64,000 nt of DNA from Prorocentrum cordatum. Lineage: Eukaryota. Below the pieces are notes generated by a model. The model made no database searches. It was not told the origin of the DNA and saw only the letters and a list, made by a program, of their open reading frames with translations. The position numbers were made by a program, and so were the translations under genes. The stretch lies in assembly GCA_963575745.1 (NCBI GenBank), contig CAUYUJ010000001.1, forward strand, positions 2,604,001 through 2,668,000, in the 5' to 3' direction. Shown one piece after another: positions 1 to 13,640 of this stretch (position 1 is the stretch's first letter; each line of letters starts with the position of its first letter).

Positions 1-1080
1 TCTATGACGTTCCACGAGGCATCGAAGAGGCTTCCCAAGAGGACCCCAACAGTTAGATAATCTTGCATAATGGTTAGCTTTCATCGTTTTTTGTCCAAGG
101 TGTTTGGCCTTCCAGCCTTCTCGGGCGTCCGAACGACGGCCCAAGAAGCCTCCAACACCGTCTCCAGACGACTGACGAGGCTCCCACGCGGGCTTGTAGA
201 CAGCCTACGCTGGCCCCACGACGGCCCAAAAGAGCTTCAAGTCAGCCTCATAGCGCTCGAAGACAGCTATATCAAAGGCCCAGGGCGGGGACCACGAACT
301 GCGAACTCAGCTCCCCGCTCCCCAAAATCGGTTTGGAGACCCCAACAAGAGTCCCACAAAACACACCCCTGGGCAAAACATACCCACGGGGGAAGGTCTA
401 CCCGGCCAGGCCGGGCCAGCTGGGAAGGGTACTTTGCTCCAGCAATTCTGCCAAGGTGGCATCGACGGCTTCACAACCGGCCACGAGGGCCACAAGAGAC
501 GTCCAAGACGGTCCACGAAGGCCCCAAGTCGCCGAAACATCGTCCGAAGACGCCCACGGCGACCTCCAGACAGCCCAAGATGCCTCCGAGACTCCCCAAC
601 AGGCTTCGAAGACATCTCCCACGAGGGTCCCAAGAGGCAAACAATATGTATGTATTTTCATGTGTTCTTCCCCGGTTCTTGCCTTGCTCGCCTTCTCGGC
701 TGCGACCTCCACGACGCCCACAGAGGCGCTCAAGACCAACTCCAAAAGAAAACTAGCCGAAGGACCCGATCGGACACTCCGAGCCCTCGGCCCCAAGAAG
801 ACCACATGAGGTCCCACCAGAACCCCCACAAGGCTGACACGAGGCCCCCACAGGACGGCATCTACTACACCCCCAGGGGGTGCGGCGTAAGCCCGAGAAT
901 CAGCAACGGTCGTGGGTTTCCCATGTGTTTTTGAAGGTTTCGGCCGTCCTCATGCTCAAAACGGGCCAAGGAGCCCGTCACACAAGCCTGTGCCGGCCCA
1001 CGAGACCCAGAAGAGGACCCGGAGACTGCCCAAGAGGGGCGCCAAAGCTGCACAAGTGGCCCCCCAATACGGCCGCCCAG
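1..1080. repeat. Degenerate CCAAGA-rich dispersed repeat
   Basis: Recurring ccaaga/cccaag motifs resembling the cargo of the elements at 2011-2993 and 54455-55621; boundaries approximate. Confidence 0.55.
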
Positions 1081-3510
1081 TAGCCTTCGAAATTGGCGAC
1101 AGTCTCGCAGCGCACATCCCCCCTGGGGTGGTGAGCTTTAAACAGAGACTGCGCTTGGTGCCCATTATGCACCTCTCCAAAAAAGCAGCCCAAACTGGCG
1201 ATCGCAGCCCCCCAAGGATGTTGAAGTCTAACATGAGTCTGCGCCATGACCCCCTCGAAAGTGGTGACAATTCTGCACTCCGCAGCCCCTCACGAATGGT
1301 GAGGATTAATATGAGAGGACGAGGGGGTGGTATGACAATGAATGTGTTAACTGCGATGTTCTCTGCGACGTACCCGACCGATTTGCATCAAGTGACCAAA
1401 ACGGTTGGCCCAAAGTTGTATGGACAACGACAGTGCATGAACTCATCGTGCAATCTACTGCGATGCGCGTGCGTTGCACCTTCCACAGGACAGCAACAGA
1501 AAGACGAGGAATGATCCCCCAAGCTCGACGAGGAAGGGGAAGGGAACGATGGGGCAGGAAGAGAACGGAAGTGGAGCCGAAAAGTCAACGCGGCAACAAC
1601 AGGGAAATGGAGGAAAGAGAGGACGACAACGAGGGAGGAGGGATGAGAAAGGATGGTTGCGATTGTTTCATGTGGCTCTGGCTGGTGATGGGCAGGGATG
1701 CCCGCGTCATTTCGCTCTGTCGATTCGAACGAGCAGCTGTTCGTAACTAGTTGCAGGAAGCGAACGTGGCCAAGCGCGCCCACCAGCCGCTCCGCTTCCT
1801 TCCTGCACCGTTCGGTCCCCCCCCAGCAGCCTTCGAAAGTGCTGACGGTTTCGCACTTCGCCCAACCCAAGGCATGGCGATGTCTAATACGAGTCCCCGC
1901 TCGGTACCCACTAGACTGCCTACCCCAACAGCCCTCGAAAATGCCAACTGTTTCGCAGTTCGCAGGCCCCCAAGCATAGCGAGGTGCAATCGGAGTGATC
2001 ACTCCGTAGTAATCCCACCAGCCCTCTGGGCGTAGGTGGTCTAGAGCAGATCCTCTTCCACCCCTCCCTCTTCCCCCTTGGGGAGGGGTTTACCCCTCCC
2101 CCTACCCCCTCCCCTGGACCTGGACGGGGGGGGCCGCGGGTAGTTAGAGCGTCCAAGATGGCCCAAGACGGCTCCAAGAGCGCCTCAGAGAACCCAAGAT
2201 GAGCTCCAAGATGGCTCAAGATAGCGCAAGATCGCTCACGATGGCTCCTAAGATGGTTCCAAGAAGCCCAAAGACGGCCCCAAGATAACTCCAAGTGGCC
2301 AAACAGCTCCCCAAGGAGGCCCCGAAGAGGCCAAAATCGTCCCAAAACCTAAGGAAAATCAATGATTTTTGCTTTCTCGCCTTTTCGCTTCCGATGGCCA
2401 TCCGAGGCCTGGAGATGGCTCCAAGATGGCCCAAGAGGGCCCCAAGAGAGCCCCAAAAGAGCCCCAAGACGGCCCCAAGAGCGCCCAAGAGCACTCCAAG
2501 AGCGTTCCAAGAGGGGTCCAAGAGGCGATTTTAGGGGCTTCCGAGGGGGGACGCTAATTAAACCCCCCCTCTTGTTTGATCGACTCCCTCCAAGATGGCC
2601 CCAAAAGCGCCCCGAAGGCTCCCCAGAGCGCCTCAAGAGGGTCCCAAGAGGCGCCCAAGATGCCCCAAGGCGCCCAAAAAGCCCTCCAAGAGGCCCTCAA
2701 AAGACCCCCAAGAAGCTCCTTCCCCTCCTCCTCCTCCTCCTCCGATTCTTCCTCCTTCTCCGTCCTCCTCCTCCTCCTCCTCCTCCTCCTCTTCCCCCTC
2801 CTCCTCCTCCTCCTCCTCCTCCGACGACGACGACGACGACGACGACTCCTCTTCCATCCTCCCCCTCTCGGGGTCTGTGACAGCTTCCCCCGCCCTTTGT
2901 TATTCTGCATGCTCCCCGACTTCCCTGATCACCTCAACTCCCCTGAGCATCGTTTCTGGATGGGCTGGTGGGGATACGCGAAGCGTCAACAATTGCGATG
3001 TCTCCCCCAGCATCCCTCCAATTGGCGACAGTTTCGCAGGGCACAGCCCCCCAGGGATGGTGAGGTCTAGTCGAGCCTGCGCTCGGTACCCACTATGCTG
3101 CCCCTCCCCGGCAGCCCTCGAAAGTGGCGACAGCCTAGCAGTTGGCATGCCCCCCCGGCACGGAGAGGTCTAGTGTAAATCCCCGCTCGGACCACACTAG
3201 ACTGTGTCCCCCAGCAGCCCTCGAAAGTGGCGACGACTTTGCAATTTCTCAGCCCCCGAAGTATGGCGAGAGGTCTTAGAAGACTTCCCGCTCGGTATCC
3301 ACAACGGTGTCCCCCCTAGCGGCCCTCGAAAGAAGCGACCGTTTCGCAGTTCGCAACCCCGCAAGGCATGGCGAGGTCCAATCTGAATCCCCACTCGGTA
3401 CCCATTATGTTGTCCTCCACAGCAGCCCTCGAAAGAGGCGACTGCTTCGCAACTCAATTCGCAGCCCCTCCAGACATTGCGAGGTCCAATCTGAATCCCC
3501 GCTCGAGTAT
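1075..3510. repeat. Interrupted ~103-bp tandem repeat (minisatellite)
   Basis: Unit core gcagccctcgaaagtggcgac...gcatggcgaggtc(c/t)aat...ccccgctcggtaccc recurs at ~1080, 1250, 1826, 1928, 3110, 3213, 3318, 3421; split by the 2011-2993 insertion. Confidence 0.75.
2011..2993 (+). mobile_element. Non-autonomous Helentron/HINE-like element, family A, copy 1
   Basis: Subterminal inverted repeat CCCACCAGCCC (2014-2024) / GGGCTGGTGGG (2962-2972), 3' hairpin ACGC-GAA-GCGT (2976-2986), AAT at both ends; same termini at 54455-55621. Confidence 0.7.
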
Positions 3511-3982
3511 GGGGGGACGAAGAGTTACTGTTCAGTCGGGCCTGTCCCCCTAAAGGCAGATTTTGAACGACAAATTCAAAAATGGAAAAAGTACCCCAAA
3601 CATTCTCAACAATTGTCAAAACATCGTCCCCAGACTAGAAGGAGGACACGCCCGACTTCAAATTACTGATGCCGCTACTCCCTGCAGGGCTCGAGCTAAA
3701 CAGTGTTTTCCGTTTTCGTTTTGTGCCCGTTTTCCCTCGTTCTGTCTTCGTTCCGCCTTTTTGATTTCCAAGGCGGAATCAAAACGAAGACAGTCCACGA
3801 TGTCGCCAAAACGCCGTTTAGCTCGAGCTCGGTTCCCAGGATCTCTCCCGAAGTGCGCTCTGGCCAAGACTTCGAAGAGAATCCAGCCGCGGCGACGCGC
3901 CTCCCAGGAACCCCGCGAAGGCCGAGACGAGGGAAGGGCAATTGTCGGTACCTGTACCTCTTCCTCCTCTGGAGGCACCGGA

Positions 3983-4350
3983 AGAGGAGGAGGAGGAGGA
4001 GGAGGAGGAGGAGGAGGAGGAGGAGGAGGAGGAGGAGGAGGAGGAGGAGGAGGAGTGTGGAGGAGTGTGGAGGAGTGTGGAGGCGTGGGGAGGAGTGGGA
4101 AGGAGTGGGGAGGAGTGGGGAGGAGGAGGAGGACGAGGAGGAGGAGGAGGAGGAGGAGGAGGAGAAGGAGGAGGAAGAGGAGGAGGAGGAGGAGGAGGAG
4201 TGGAGGAGGAGGAGGAGGAGGAGGAGGAGGAGGAGGAGGAGGAGGAGGAGGAGGAGGAGGAGGAGGAGGAGGAGGAGGAGGAGGAGGAGGAGGAGGAGTG
4301 GGGAGGGGTGGGAAGGAGGACTAGGAGGAGGAGGAGGAGGAGGAGGAAGA
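3983..4350. repeat. (GAG)n microsatellite
   Basis: Direct reading. Confidence 0.97.
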
Positions 4351-4927
4351 GGAGGTCAGGAGCAGGAGGGGCCCGGCCGCGCCGTCCAAGGCAACTTTGA
4401 TGTCGGCGGCGCGCAGCTCCTGCGCGGCCGCGCGCGCTGCGAAGCGTGCCCGCCTCGGCCCTGGACGTGCTCAGAGCGGGCAGATAGCAGCATGAGCATG
4501 GGTACAGTAGAAACGCTGTCAGAAGGGATCGCAAGCAAGGCACGAAGCCCCTTTGTCTCATACATTATAAACTTCGATTCCCGATCGACAACCTAAGGAA
4601 AGCCGGAGACAAGCTACAAACCATCAAAGAACACTGAGCCCTCCCCATAAAGAGAGTGCCTTGCTCAGCGACCCGACTGTACAGTCATCGTGCTGCCGGA
4701 AGGAACGCCGAATAGGGAGCGACGGGGCATGGCTGGCCACGGCGGGCCTCAGTCACGAGTGGGTTTCCCAACCCATCTCGAAGTAACGGCCTCCCAAAAC
4801 CACAGCACCTTCTCAGCCCAAAGCGGTCCTTGTTCCCGCGCATTGACTGCAGCAGCATCAGCAGGGGTATCTGCAGGAGGAGAGGGGCGTGAAGATCGGG
4901 ATGAGCAGTAGCCGAGGACTCCTACAC

Positions 4928-5107
4928 GTGGTCAGATTAGGTGGGGCCAGAGGATCGCGCCGCATCGCCGCTGCATCGCCGATGCATCGGCGACGTCGGC
5001 GATGCATCGGCGCTGCTGGCGCGGAAAACATCGGGCTCCACATCGAGCCGCATCGCCGATGCATCGGCGATGCGGCACGACCCTCCGACCCCACCTGCTC
5101 GGACCCT
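4928..5107. mobile_element. MITE-like element with internal perfect palindrome, copy 1
   Basis: Imperfect terminal inverted repeats (ggtcagattaggtgggg / ccccacctgctcggaccc); perfect 30-bp palindrome at 5047-5076; homolog at 9493-9740. Confidence 0.6.
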
Positions 5108-6549
5108 GTCCGGGAGGCCTGGAAGTAGTGCCAGCAGTGGCAGGTAGCGGTAAGAGGAGAGGGAGATTGGGGTGCGACGGAGGCGGGAGTGGGGAGCAGC
5201 AGCAGTGGCAGCAGTGGGACCCAGAGACGGCGGTGAAGATGATCGAGGCTCGACGTTTTGCAAGCGTTTTTGCCCAGCCGTCGGGCCTCCGGGGGCCTCC
5301 ACACGCCTCTGAGGACCTCCAGGGGGAGGGTAAACGAAGATGGGGGTATGCACGCTGGTGGCCCTCTGAAAACATCGGAAGCCTCCAGACGCTCCTGGGG
5401 CCTCCGTGGACCTCTCGGGGACCTCCAGGACCGCCTGGAGACCGCCTGGACACGTTGGGAGGCCACACACCTTCTGCGACTCGCAACGATCGCGCGGGAA
5501 AGTTATCGCCATGTTCGGCAACTGGGGTCCACTTCCAAGACCCAACTCTGGTCTCGGAGAAAGGGTCGAGTTCTCTGGTGGACCACCACTCGAAACAGTC
5601 GTGTCGATGGATGTATGGTCGTGGTGATAGTGGTACTGAGGAGTTGATGGAAATTCATAATGAAGACAACGTGCGGAGGGCCGAGCGCCAGAATGACGGT
5701 CACATGCGCATGCACCTTTCGCCTGGCCGCGTCATGTGTCTTCCTGGCAACCGATCATATGCTGCTGGGTCCCCTGGGAACATCCAGGGAGCGCCGACGC
5801 CCATCCGAACGAGTATGACGAGAAAGTCGACGACGAGGATGACGAGGGGGGAGAGCAGTCTAGAACTCCGAAGATTTGACAACCTCAAGTCCCAAAACCA
5901 CGCACCGATCGACCCCGTATCCAGGACAGGCTTTTCATCCAGAATCGTGTTTCCCGAACATCCTGTGGTGTTGGGTCCTCGTCTTGAAGAAACACCGCCC
6001 CGCGTGACAATCTCAGGTAAGATGGTCAGAATGTTTGTATATTATGAGTTCGAAGCGAGCGTGGCGGCCCCTGTGCCCCCAGAGGAAAGGTACCCCAGGG
6101 AACTCCTGGGGAACTCGGGTCAGAATAGCTTTGCTTCTGGGCGCGGTCCTCAGGATCCTCACCACGACCCAAAGGTCGTCACAAAGGACCTCCAACATGG
6201 CCCACAAGCGGCCAAGAAGAACGGATAACTGGGTGGCACGCCCCAAAATACCTCCAGGCCAACACCAAAAAGGCCCGAAACTGCCCCGAAGTGATCCCAA
6301 ACCGTCAGTGACAAGCCTCAGCACGCTTCCAGGAAGCCGAAATCATGTAATTCCTTAAGACTTGTTGAAAGCTTTGGGTTTCTCTGATTTTTCTCCACTG
6401 GAGTTCTGCAGTGCCACAACGGTCCCAAGATCGCCTAAGATAGTTCCGAACGGAGCCAAAAGAACCCCAAGAGCTCTCGAGACTCCTTGGACCGCTCCAG
6501 TGGAGGCCCAATGCAAGTCCAAGAGGACCCCAGGGCGGCCCGATGACAT

Positions 6550-7320
6550 GCGTCAAGGGATGGAAAGCCCCTGCGCGGCCCCGAAACAGCCCCAACATGC
6601 CCCCGAACAGCCCCAAGATGTCACAGAACAGCCCCGAAGTGGCCCAATACAGCCCAAGACGACCCCAAAGACGCCTTCAGGAGGTCCAGACTTTAAACAA
6701 TGACTGCCCAGCGGAAGAAGACCCCACACAGCGTCCCACAGGGTCCCGGCGATCCACCTCCTGACGCTTCCTATGACCACCACTACGACTACGACGACTA
6801 CGACTGACTACTGGCCTATCTAGCTGACAGGCCTAGCTAATCAACGAACCAACGAACTTACTAACGATTAAGACGACCACTCTTGCGAAGTAGTCATGTT
6901 GATGCACATCTACTGCTGCTAGTACTACTACTGCAGGTTCGTATGCGGAATACTACATCCAAGACGAGCATTTACAATCAGATAAACAATGCGACTATGT
7001 ATGCGCATGCTGAAACTAATACTCTATGGAGGCCCAACGCAGGCAGGTCCAACAGGCTCCAGGGTGGCCCACGGCAAGCGTCAAGGGATGGCAGGCCCCG
7101 GCGCGGCCCCGAAACAGCCCCAGTATGCCCCCCAAACAACCCCAAGATGTCCCAGGACAGTGCCGAAGTGAGTTAGTATATTCCAAGACATCTCCAAAGA
7201 AGCCTTCAGGAGGCCCAGAAAACAAACAATGACGCCCCCAACAACTTCCCACGGGGGCACGACAATCTACCTCCTGGCCCTTTCTATTACCACTACCACT
7301 ACAACAGCAACTACTACCTC
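6550..7320. repeat. Direct duplication with ~530-bp period
   Basis: cgtcaagggatgg...gcggccccgaaacagcccc...gccttcaggagg at ~6551 and ~7079. Confidence 0.8.
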
Positions 7321-7759
7321 TAGTTTGTTACTACCCACCAACTAACGAAGAAGCATCAATAATCCACCTAGCTACTAGAACAACTACGATTACGAACTAA
7401 TAATCCTACCGCAACTGATAGTACTACACACTACTACTTCGTATGCAGAATACGACTACTAACATTGGTAGTGTTACGGCGGAAAGTATATTCGTACGGA
7501 TACTGGAACTAATGCGAGTACCACTCTAAGTACGTGTGCGAATGCGACTCTGTTCCCGAATGCAAATGCCAAGACTCATAATTACACGGCTGGTGATACT
7601 AATGCTGATACGAATGCAACTGCTATTCTTTATGTGTGCGGTATACTAGTGCAGTTGATATTGATATGAACACTAGTTCAATCACTCCTGCTATAAATGC
7701 CCTTGCGCATACATAAAACCAAGCCATGCATGACTACTACTGAGGCGGATACTGATGCG

Positions 7760-8520
<761 letters not shown>

Positions 8521-9492
8521 CTGGTAATCATACTCGTGAACAGTACAATACTAATACTAATAAGACTACCGATGCGCACTACGAGGGCTGATCCTAATAC
8601 GCATGCGAATATTGATACTATTGTGATTTCCACTGCTGGTACGAAGTATGCAAGTTATGCTCATAAAACTTGGGGCCAACAGGGGGGGGCAACGTCGCCT
8701 AACCGATTCTGGATCTGGCGGGCCACCTGACACTAACGGGGGCCAGCGGGCCAACATTGCCCTACCGATCTGGATCCAGCAAAGCACCTAGTCGTTCCCT
8801 AGTCAAGTTAGATAGAGTCCTTACAAACTAGCTGTTCAGGAAACGCAGCACATTGTGAAATGATTTTGGCAATCTCACCTTTTCGCTTCCTGTGAGCTTC
8901 AGGACTCCCCAAGATGACCCCGAAGGGGCTCAAAGAGGGGATACGACTGCCATCCAACGGCTTCCCACGCGCCCCTCGTGACCTCGAACGCACGGAGTCA
9001 CCGAAGCCCGTGGCCGATATGGTCGAGGCGGCCCATCTTGCGCGTCAGGCCACCAAAGAGCGGCAAGAGGATCACACGCTAGGATTGTTTGCAATCCGCA
9101 GGCTGGGCCACCGGGCTGCGAACGTTTTGACCAGCTGTCACCTCTGACCGCGTCTGTGCGATTGGCTCCTGCAGGCGCTCGCCATCGCATCATGCCCTGG
9201 AGCATTGAGGTGCAACTCCGCGCAGCGTGCACTTCTACAAACCCCTCTTGGCCTTAAGTTACCCCCTCACCCATGGCACTTCTTCGCATGACCAGTATGG
9301 GCCGGCGGAGTGAGCGCAACGATGAAACGCAGACACACCTCAGGACTTGGAATTGTCGGACTCCCGCAGGCTTGGGGAGGGGGTACAGGAGCACGAGCGG
9401 CGTGGAGGAGGAGCGGCGAGAACCCCAGGCTGCAGCCGCAGCAGGGTGGGACATCAACCCTCGCCATGAGGAAGGCTAGAGGCCTCCCAAAT

Positions 9493-9740
9493 GGGGTCCG
9501 ACTAGATGGGGCCCGACCAGCGATGCATCAGCGACGATGGCGATGCATCGGCGACATAAAATCGGGCTCAACATCGAGCTGCATCGCCAATGCATCGGCG
9601 ATGCGGCATCGGCGATGCGGCGCGATCCTTCGACCCCGTCTCCTCGGACCCCTCGGTGCTGTGGCGCGATCCTCCGACTCCATCTGCTCGGACCCCTCGA
9701 TGATCCGGCGCGACCCTCCGACCACACATACTCGGACCCC
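9493..9740. mobile_element. MITE-like element with palindromic core, copy 2
   Basis: GGGGTCCGACTAGATGG (9493-9509) vs CCATCTGCTCGGACCCC (9680-9696), 15/17 inverted match; right end reiterated; gcatcggcgatgc palindromes. Confidence 0.6.
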
Positions 9741-10384
9741 ACTTGTCGAGTAGGAGATCGACTACAGAATTGGTTTTCCCCAGGATGGATTTTTCTGTCG
9801 ACTCCACAGCACATGCGCATATGCTATGCTCCGCTGATCCACGGAACATTTCTTCGACGCACTTTCCACACACTCGACGGAACCGTCAAGTCTAGGGTAT
9901 ATCAGTTCGGCAGTGGATCCCCTGCTCGAGCTCGGGACGCCTGGGCACGAGAACGGCGAGGGGGGCCTCGTGCAACGGGGGCGTCCAAGAAGGGGGGCGC
10001 AAATCATGGCCGGCGGCACGTGCGCGGCCCAGGGGGGCCCGGCAACGTACTGTGGGGGGATCTCATGGCCCACGCCATGCCATCCCCCCCCCCCCCTTGG
10101 CCGCCCCCGAGTGCAGTGGCCCCCGGGGATCTCCAGCGGGCCAGGCCAGGTGGGGCCCAGAGGCGCTGCGCTGCGCGAGGGAGCCCCATAGGCGGTCGGC
10201 GCCGGCGGCGGCGCTCGGAGGGGGGCGAGAGCGCGGCACCACAGGGAGGTCCTCTAGAGCCTCCGCCCGGGGCCCGAGGCCTAGCCAAATGGGAGCGCCC
10301 CCGCCCCCCTCCTCCATCCCCCCCATCCCTCCCCCCCCCCCCCTTCCCTCCCTCCCCCCTCCCTTCCCCCTAAGACGAAGCCAG

Positions 10385-10531
10385 GACAAGGATAAATTCG
10401 GGTGAGGATAAATCGAGAATCTCTGAGATCTGCCAAATCTGCAAGATACCTCGGGCGCCGCGGCCTTCTCAGAGCGTACCGGAACGCTCTGAGAGCGTTC
10501 CGGAACGCTCTGGAACTGATCTATCCTCGTC
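10385..10531. repeat. Short dispersed repeat with imperfect inverted ends (possible MITE)
   Basis: ggacaaggataaat... / ...atctatcctcgtcc; diverged second copy at ~50810-50970. Confidence 0.45.
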
Positions 10532-10958
10532 CTTGCCCCGTCCGATTCGGTTCCCCAAGATGGTGGAAACTTCGCTGCCCCGAGACGCAACACGCAACAC
10601 GCAAGATGTTGGCAGCACGGAGCTCGGCACGCATACGGAACACGCAGGTCTGGCGCGATACGTTCTCCAGAGCGTGGGCCAGCAAATGCCGAGCCAATAC
10701 GCAGCGTGTGAGCACGGACGTCTTGAATACGGCACGTGTTGCGTTCAAGATGGGCGCATCAGGGCAACTAAGGGTGGACGTCGGCACGTGTTTCTGCAGG
10801 CGCCCACGTCGAGTCTGAAGGGCCCCCCCACACTCACCCCTCTGGCAGGAGAGCCCAGAATCGAATCGACAAGTCAGATCGGCGATCGAAATGAATCGTG
10901 TCGGCAGAAATCGGCAGCCAAGTCGGGAGAAGTCGGCGGACCTCGGCAGGCTAGTAGA

Positions 10959-12564
10959 CCTGCTTGGCACGGGGACGGAAAGCGCACTTACTTTCAGAGC
11001 GCACGAGATCGCTGGCTCGTCCGCTCCTGCACCTCTTATTGACTCCCTTCCCCTCGCTCTTGTCCTATCTCAGCCTCGGAGAGTCGCGGAGCTTTCTTTG
11101 AGCGCGTTTCTTGTTTTGGAGGGGGCGGTCGGGTCGCGTTGCGTTTTCCGCGTTTGGGCTGCCAGCTTTCCAGAACCCCGCGTTTTCCTTGCGTGGACCG
11201 CTCGTTGTCCACGCGTTGCCGCCCGTCCCTGTGCCCTGGCGTCAAGAACTTTTTTTTTTTTTTTTTCCTCCCCAACGAACCCATCACCCGATGCCCGTCC
11301 AGAGGCCAGACAATTTCGATTGAGCGTCAAATCCGCTTCCCCTCAAGGGGGCTATAACCGCACCAACACATGACTCGCTCGCGACAGGGCTGTAAATTGG
11401 CCGGCCGGGTAAACGTCACCACATCCAGGGAGGAAGGGGGAGAAGGACGAGGACGAGGCGGAGCGGAGGAAAGGGAGGGGACGAGGACAGCCGAATGTCA
11501 ACGCGTGCCATCTGTCGACTCGGGGCGCACCGCCAGAGCTCCAACCTAGGCAGGCCATCTGCAGCCTGAAGCCCTGCATCAAAACATGCATACTGGGACG
11601 CTCCACGCCCGAAGAGTGGACTTGGGCAGCAGATTTCCGCGCCCATCCCGCCGACACGTCAACATGAATGCGGCCATGCTGCGACAAGAAATGCCGCGCC
11701 TGGGTGAGAAATGCCGGACAAGCCTGCCGCGCCTGGGTGAGAAATGCCGCGCCTTGCCCTGGCGTCAAGAACTTATTACGCCGCAGCTCTCTGTTGGGAG
11801 CTTTGGTCTTATCAGCTCGATTACGTCACCGCTCGCTCTTGGGAGCCGCGGTGCTAATAGCCTTTGGGAGTATTTTGAGCCTCTTGGGGGGCTCTTGGGG
11901 AGCCTCTTGGGTGCCTCTTGGGGACCTTTTTGAATTTTCCGGGGGCCTCTGGGGGCCTCCTGGGAGCTTCTGGGCTGCGGGGGTGAAGGGACTAGGCTGC
12001 CTTTGGCCGTCTTTGGGCTCTCTTGGGGGCCTCTTGGGGCCTTCTTGGGGCCGTCCTGGGGCCGTCTGGGGCCGTCTTGGCGCCTCTTGGGCCGTCTTGG
12101 CGCCCTCTTGGGCCGTTTGGGGGCCTTCTTGGGGGCCTCTTGGGCCTTTTTGGGGCGCTCTTGGGGGCCTCTTGGACAGTCTTGGGCGCCTCTTGGCCCG
12201 TCTTGGCGCCCTCTTGGGCTATTTTAAGGGCCTCTTGGGAACATCTTCAGCCGTCTTGGGGCGGTCTTGGGGGCCTCTTGGGCCGTCTTCAGCGCCATGA
12301 AAGGCGAAAAGCCGTATGTGCTAAAAATGCACGTTTTCCTCAAGAAACTCAATGATTTTGGCCTCTTGGGGCCCTCTTGGGAAGCCTCGTGGGCGCCTCT
12401 TGGGGTGTCGTGGAGGCCTCTTGGGACGACTTGAGGCCGCCTTGGGCGGTCTTGGGTTCTCTTGGAGCGCCCTTGGGCCGTCTTGGGCGCTTCTTGGGCC
12501 GTATTGGGCCGTCTTGGGCGCCGTCTTGGCCGCTTCTTGGGCTGTCTTAGGCGCCTGAGACGGC
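10959..12564 (-). mobile_element. HINE-like family B copy, truncated at the junction with LINE-A
   Basis: Begins CCTGCTTGGCACGGGGACGGAAAGCGC; near-identical to 16760-17834 and 22572-23600; TCTTGG satellite cargo. Confidence 0.7.
11252..11754 (-). mobile_element. ~500-bp poly(A)-tailed retroposed insertion (SINE or 5'-truncated LINE/mRNA) with 20-bp TSD
   Basis: TGCCCTGGCGTCAAGAACTT at 11232-11251 and 11755-11774; T-run 11250-11266; empty site in the paralogous copy at ~17026-17050. Confidence 0.85.
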
Positions 12565-12569
12565 AGCAA

Positions 12570-12950
12570 TGGCCCGAAAGGCAGGAGCCACAATGGGCAC
12601 AAACGTGATACGGGGGGTCGTGTGAAGGATCTGGATGAAGGATCTGGATGTGCTGTTTCTTGAAACACAGAGCCGCGTCACCTTTCTCACTGTGAGGGCT
12701 GCAAATGTTCACCCAGAACTCCACCCCCAGATTATACTTTTCGTGGCCGGCCGAGAAAACCAGGTAATTGCCTTGGCGGCGGGCCCCCTGGGCGTTTCTC
12801 CCTTCCTGGGCCCCAGTAAAATGCACACCCGCCTTATACATCCGGTCCTGAAAGAGGAGCAAGCGGGCCTGTCTCTGCTTCCCCTTGGTGCCTCTTCTGC
12901 CGTCGGCTGTAAGACACTGGGCGTTGAAAGACGCCGCTCGCAATCGAATT
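12570..12950 (-). pseudogene. N-terminal part of APE-type (EEP) endonuclease
   Basis: IRLRAASFNAQCL (motif I), VHFTGAQEGR (QE motif), LGVEFWVN. Confidence 0.75.
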
Positions 12951-13207
12951 GTGGGGCCCCTGCCGCGCTTCCTTCCAGGGGCGTCTTGAGGGGTGGGAAC
13001 CACTTTGGAAGAAGGAAGGAGGCCTGAAAAGCTTCCTTGGCTGTCCAAGGTGACCTTAGGGTAAGCTCCTCCATCCTCCTTATCTCCTCGATGCAAAGCT
13101 TCAAGCCACTCCCACTCGCGACTGCATGTGTAAACTATCGCTTGCGCCCAGGAGAAGGGGAACGAAACCTCGTGGGGGGGGGGGAGCGCGCTGTCACAAG
13201 CAGTCGC

Positions 13208-13640
13208 TTACGCAAGATTGTCGGCAAGCATGTTCCAATGATGCCCAGTGCGGCTTTTCTCTTGCGAAATAATCACACGTTTCTGTAAGCACGCTATGGC
13301 CCAAATCTGCGCGAGAAGCCTCGCAAGATCTCTGTCAGATCGCGCGCAGCTCTGTCCAATGGCCGCACCTATCGCACTAAGAGAATCACTGACGACATGG
13401 AAGTCCACATCGAATGGGCACGTAATGGCCCACAACGCAGCCCAAACAAGTCGGAGGAGCTCCAAAGTCGTGCTATTCGAGTCCTCTATGTTAAGTCTCA
13501 TGGAGCTGGAATCCTCGAGTTTTCGCCTCCAACATCCCCACATAGAAACACCTCCATCACCTTCCGCTATGACCACGAAGGCCCATGCCGCGCGGGGCGT
13601 TCCATTGACGTAGTGGGAACCATCGGTGTAAATGTGGAAC
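13208..13640 (-). pseudogene. RNase H1-like domain
   Basis: IYTDGS...AAWAFVV...NSTTLEL...VVSDSLSAI...KSRTGHHWNMLADNLA, with D-E-D-D catalytic residues in order. Confidence 0.85.

Noticed and set aside
5002..6228. 408-aa ORF
   Set aside because: Starts within a palindromic repeat, ends in CCAAGA-like sequence, no recognisable domain.
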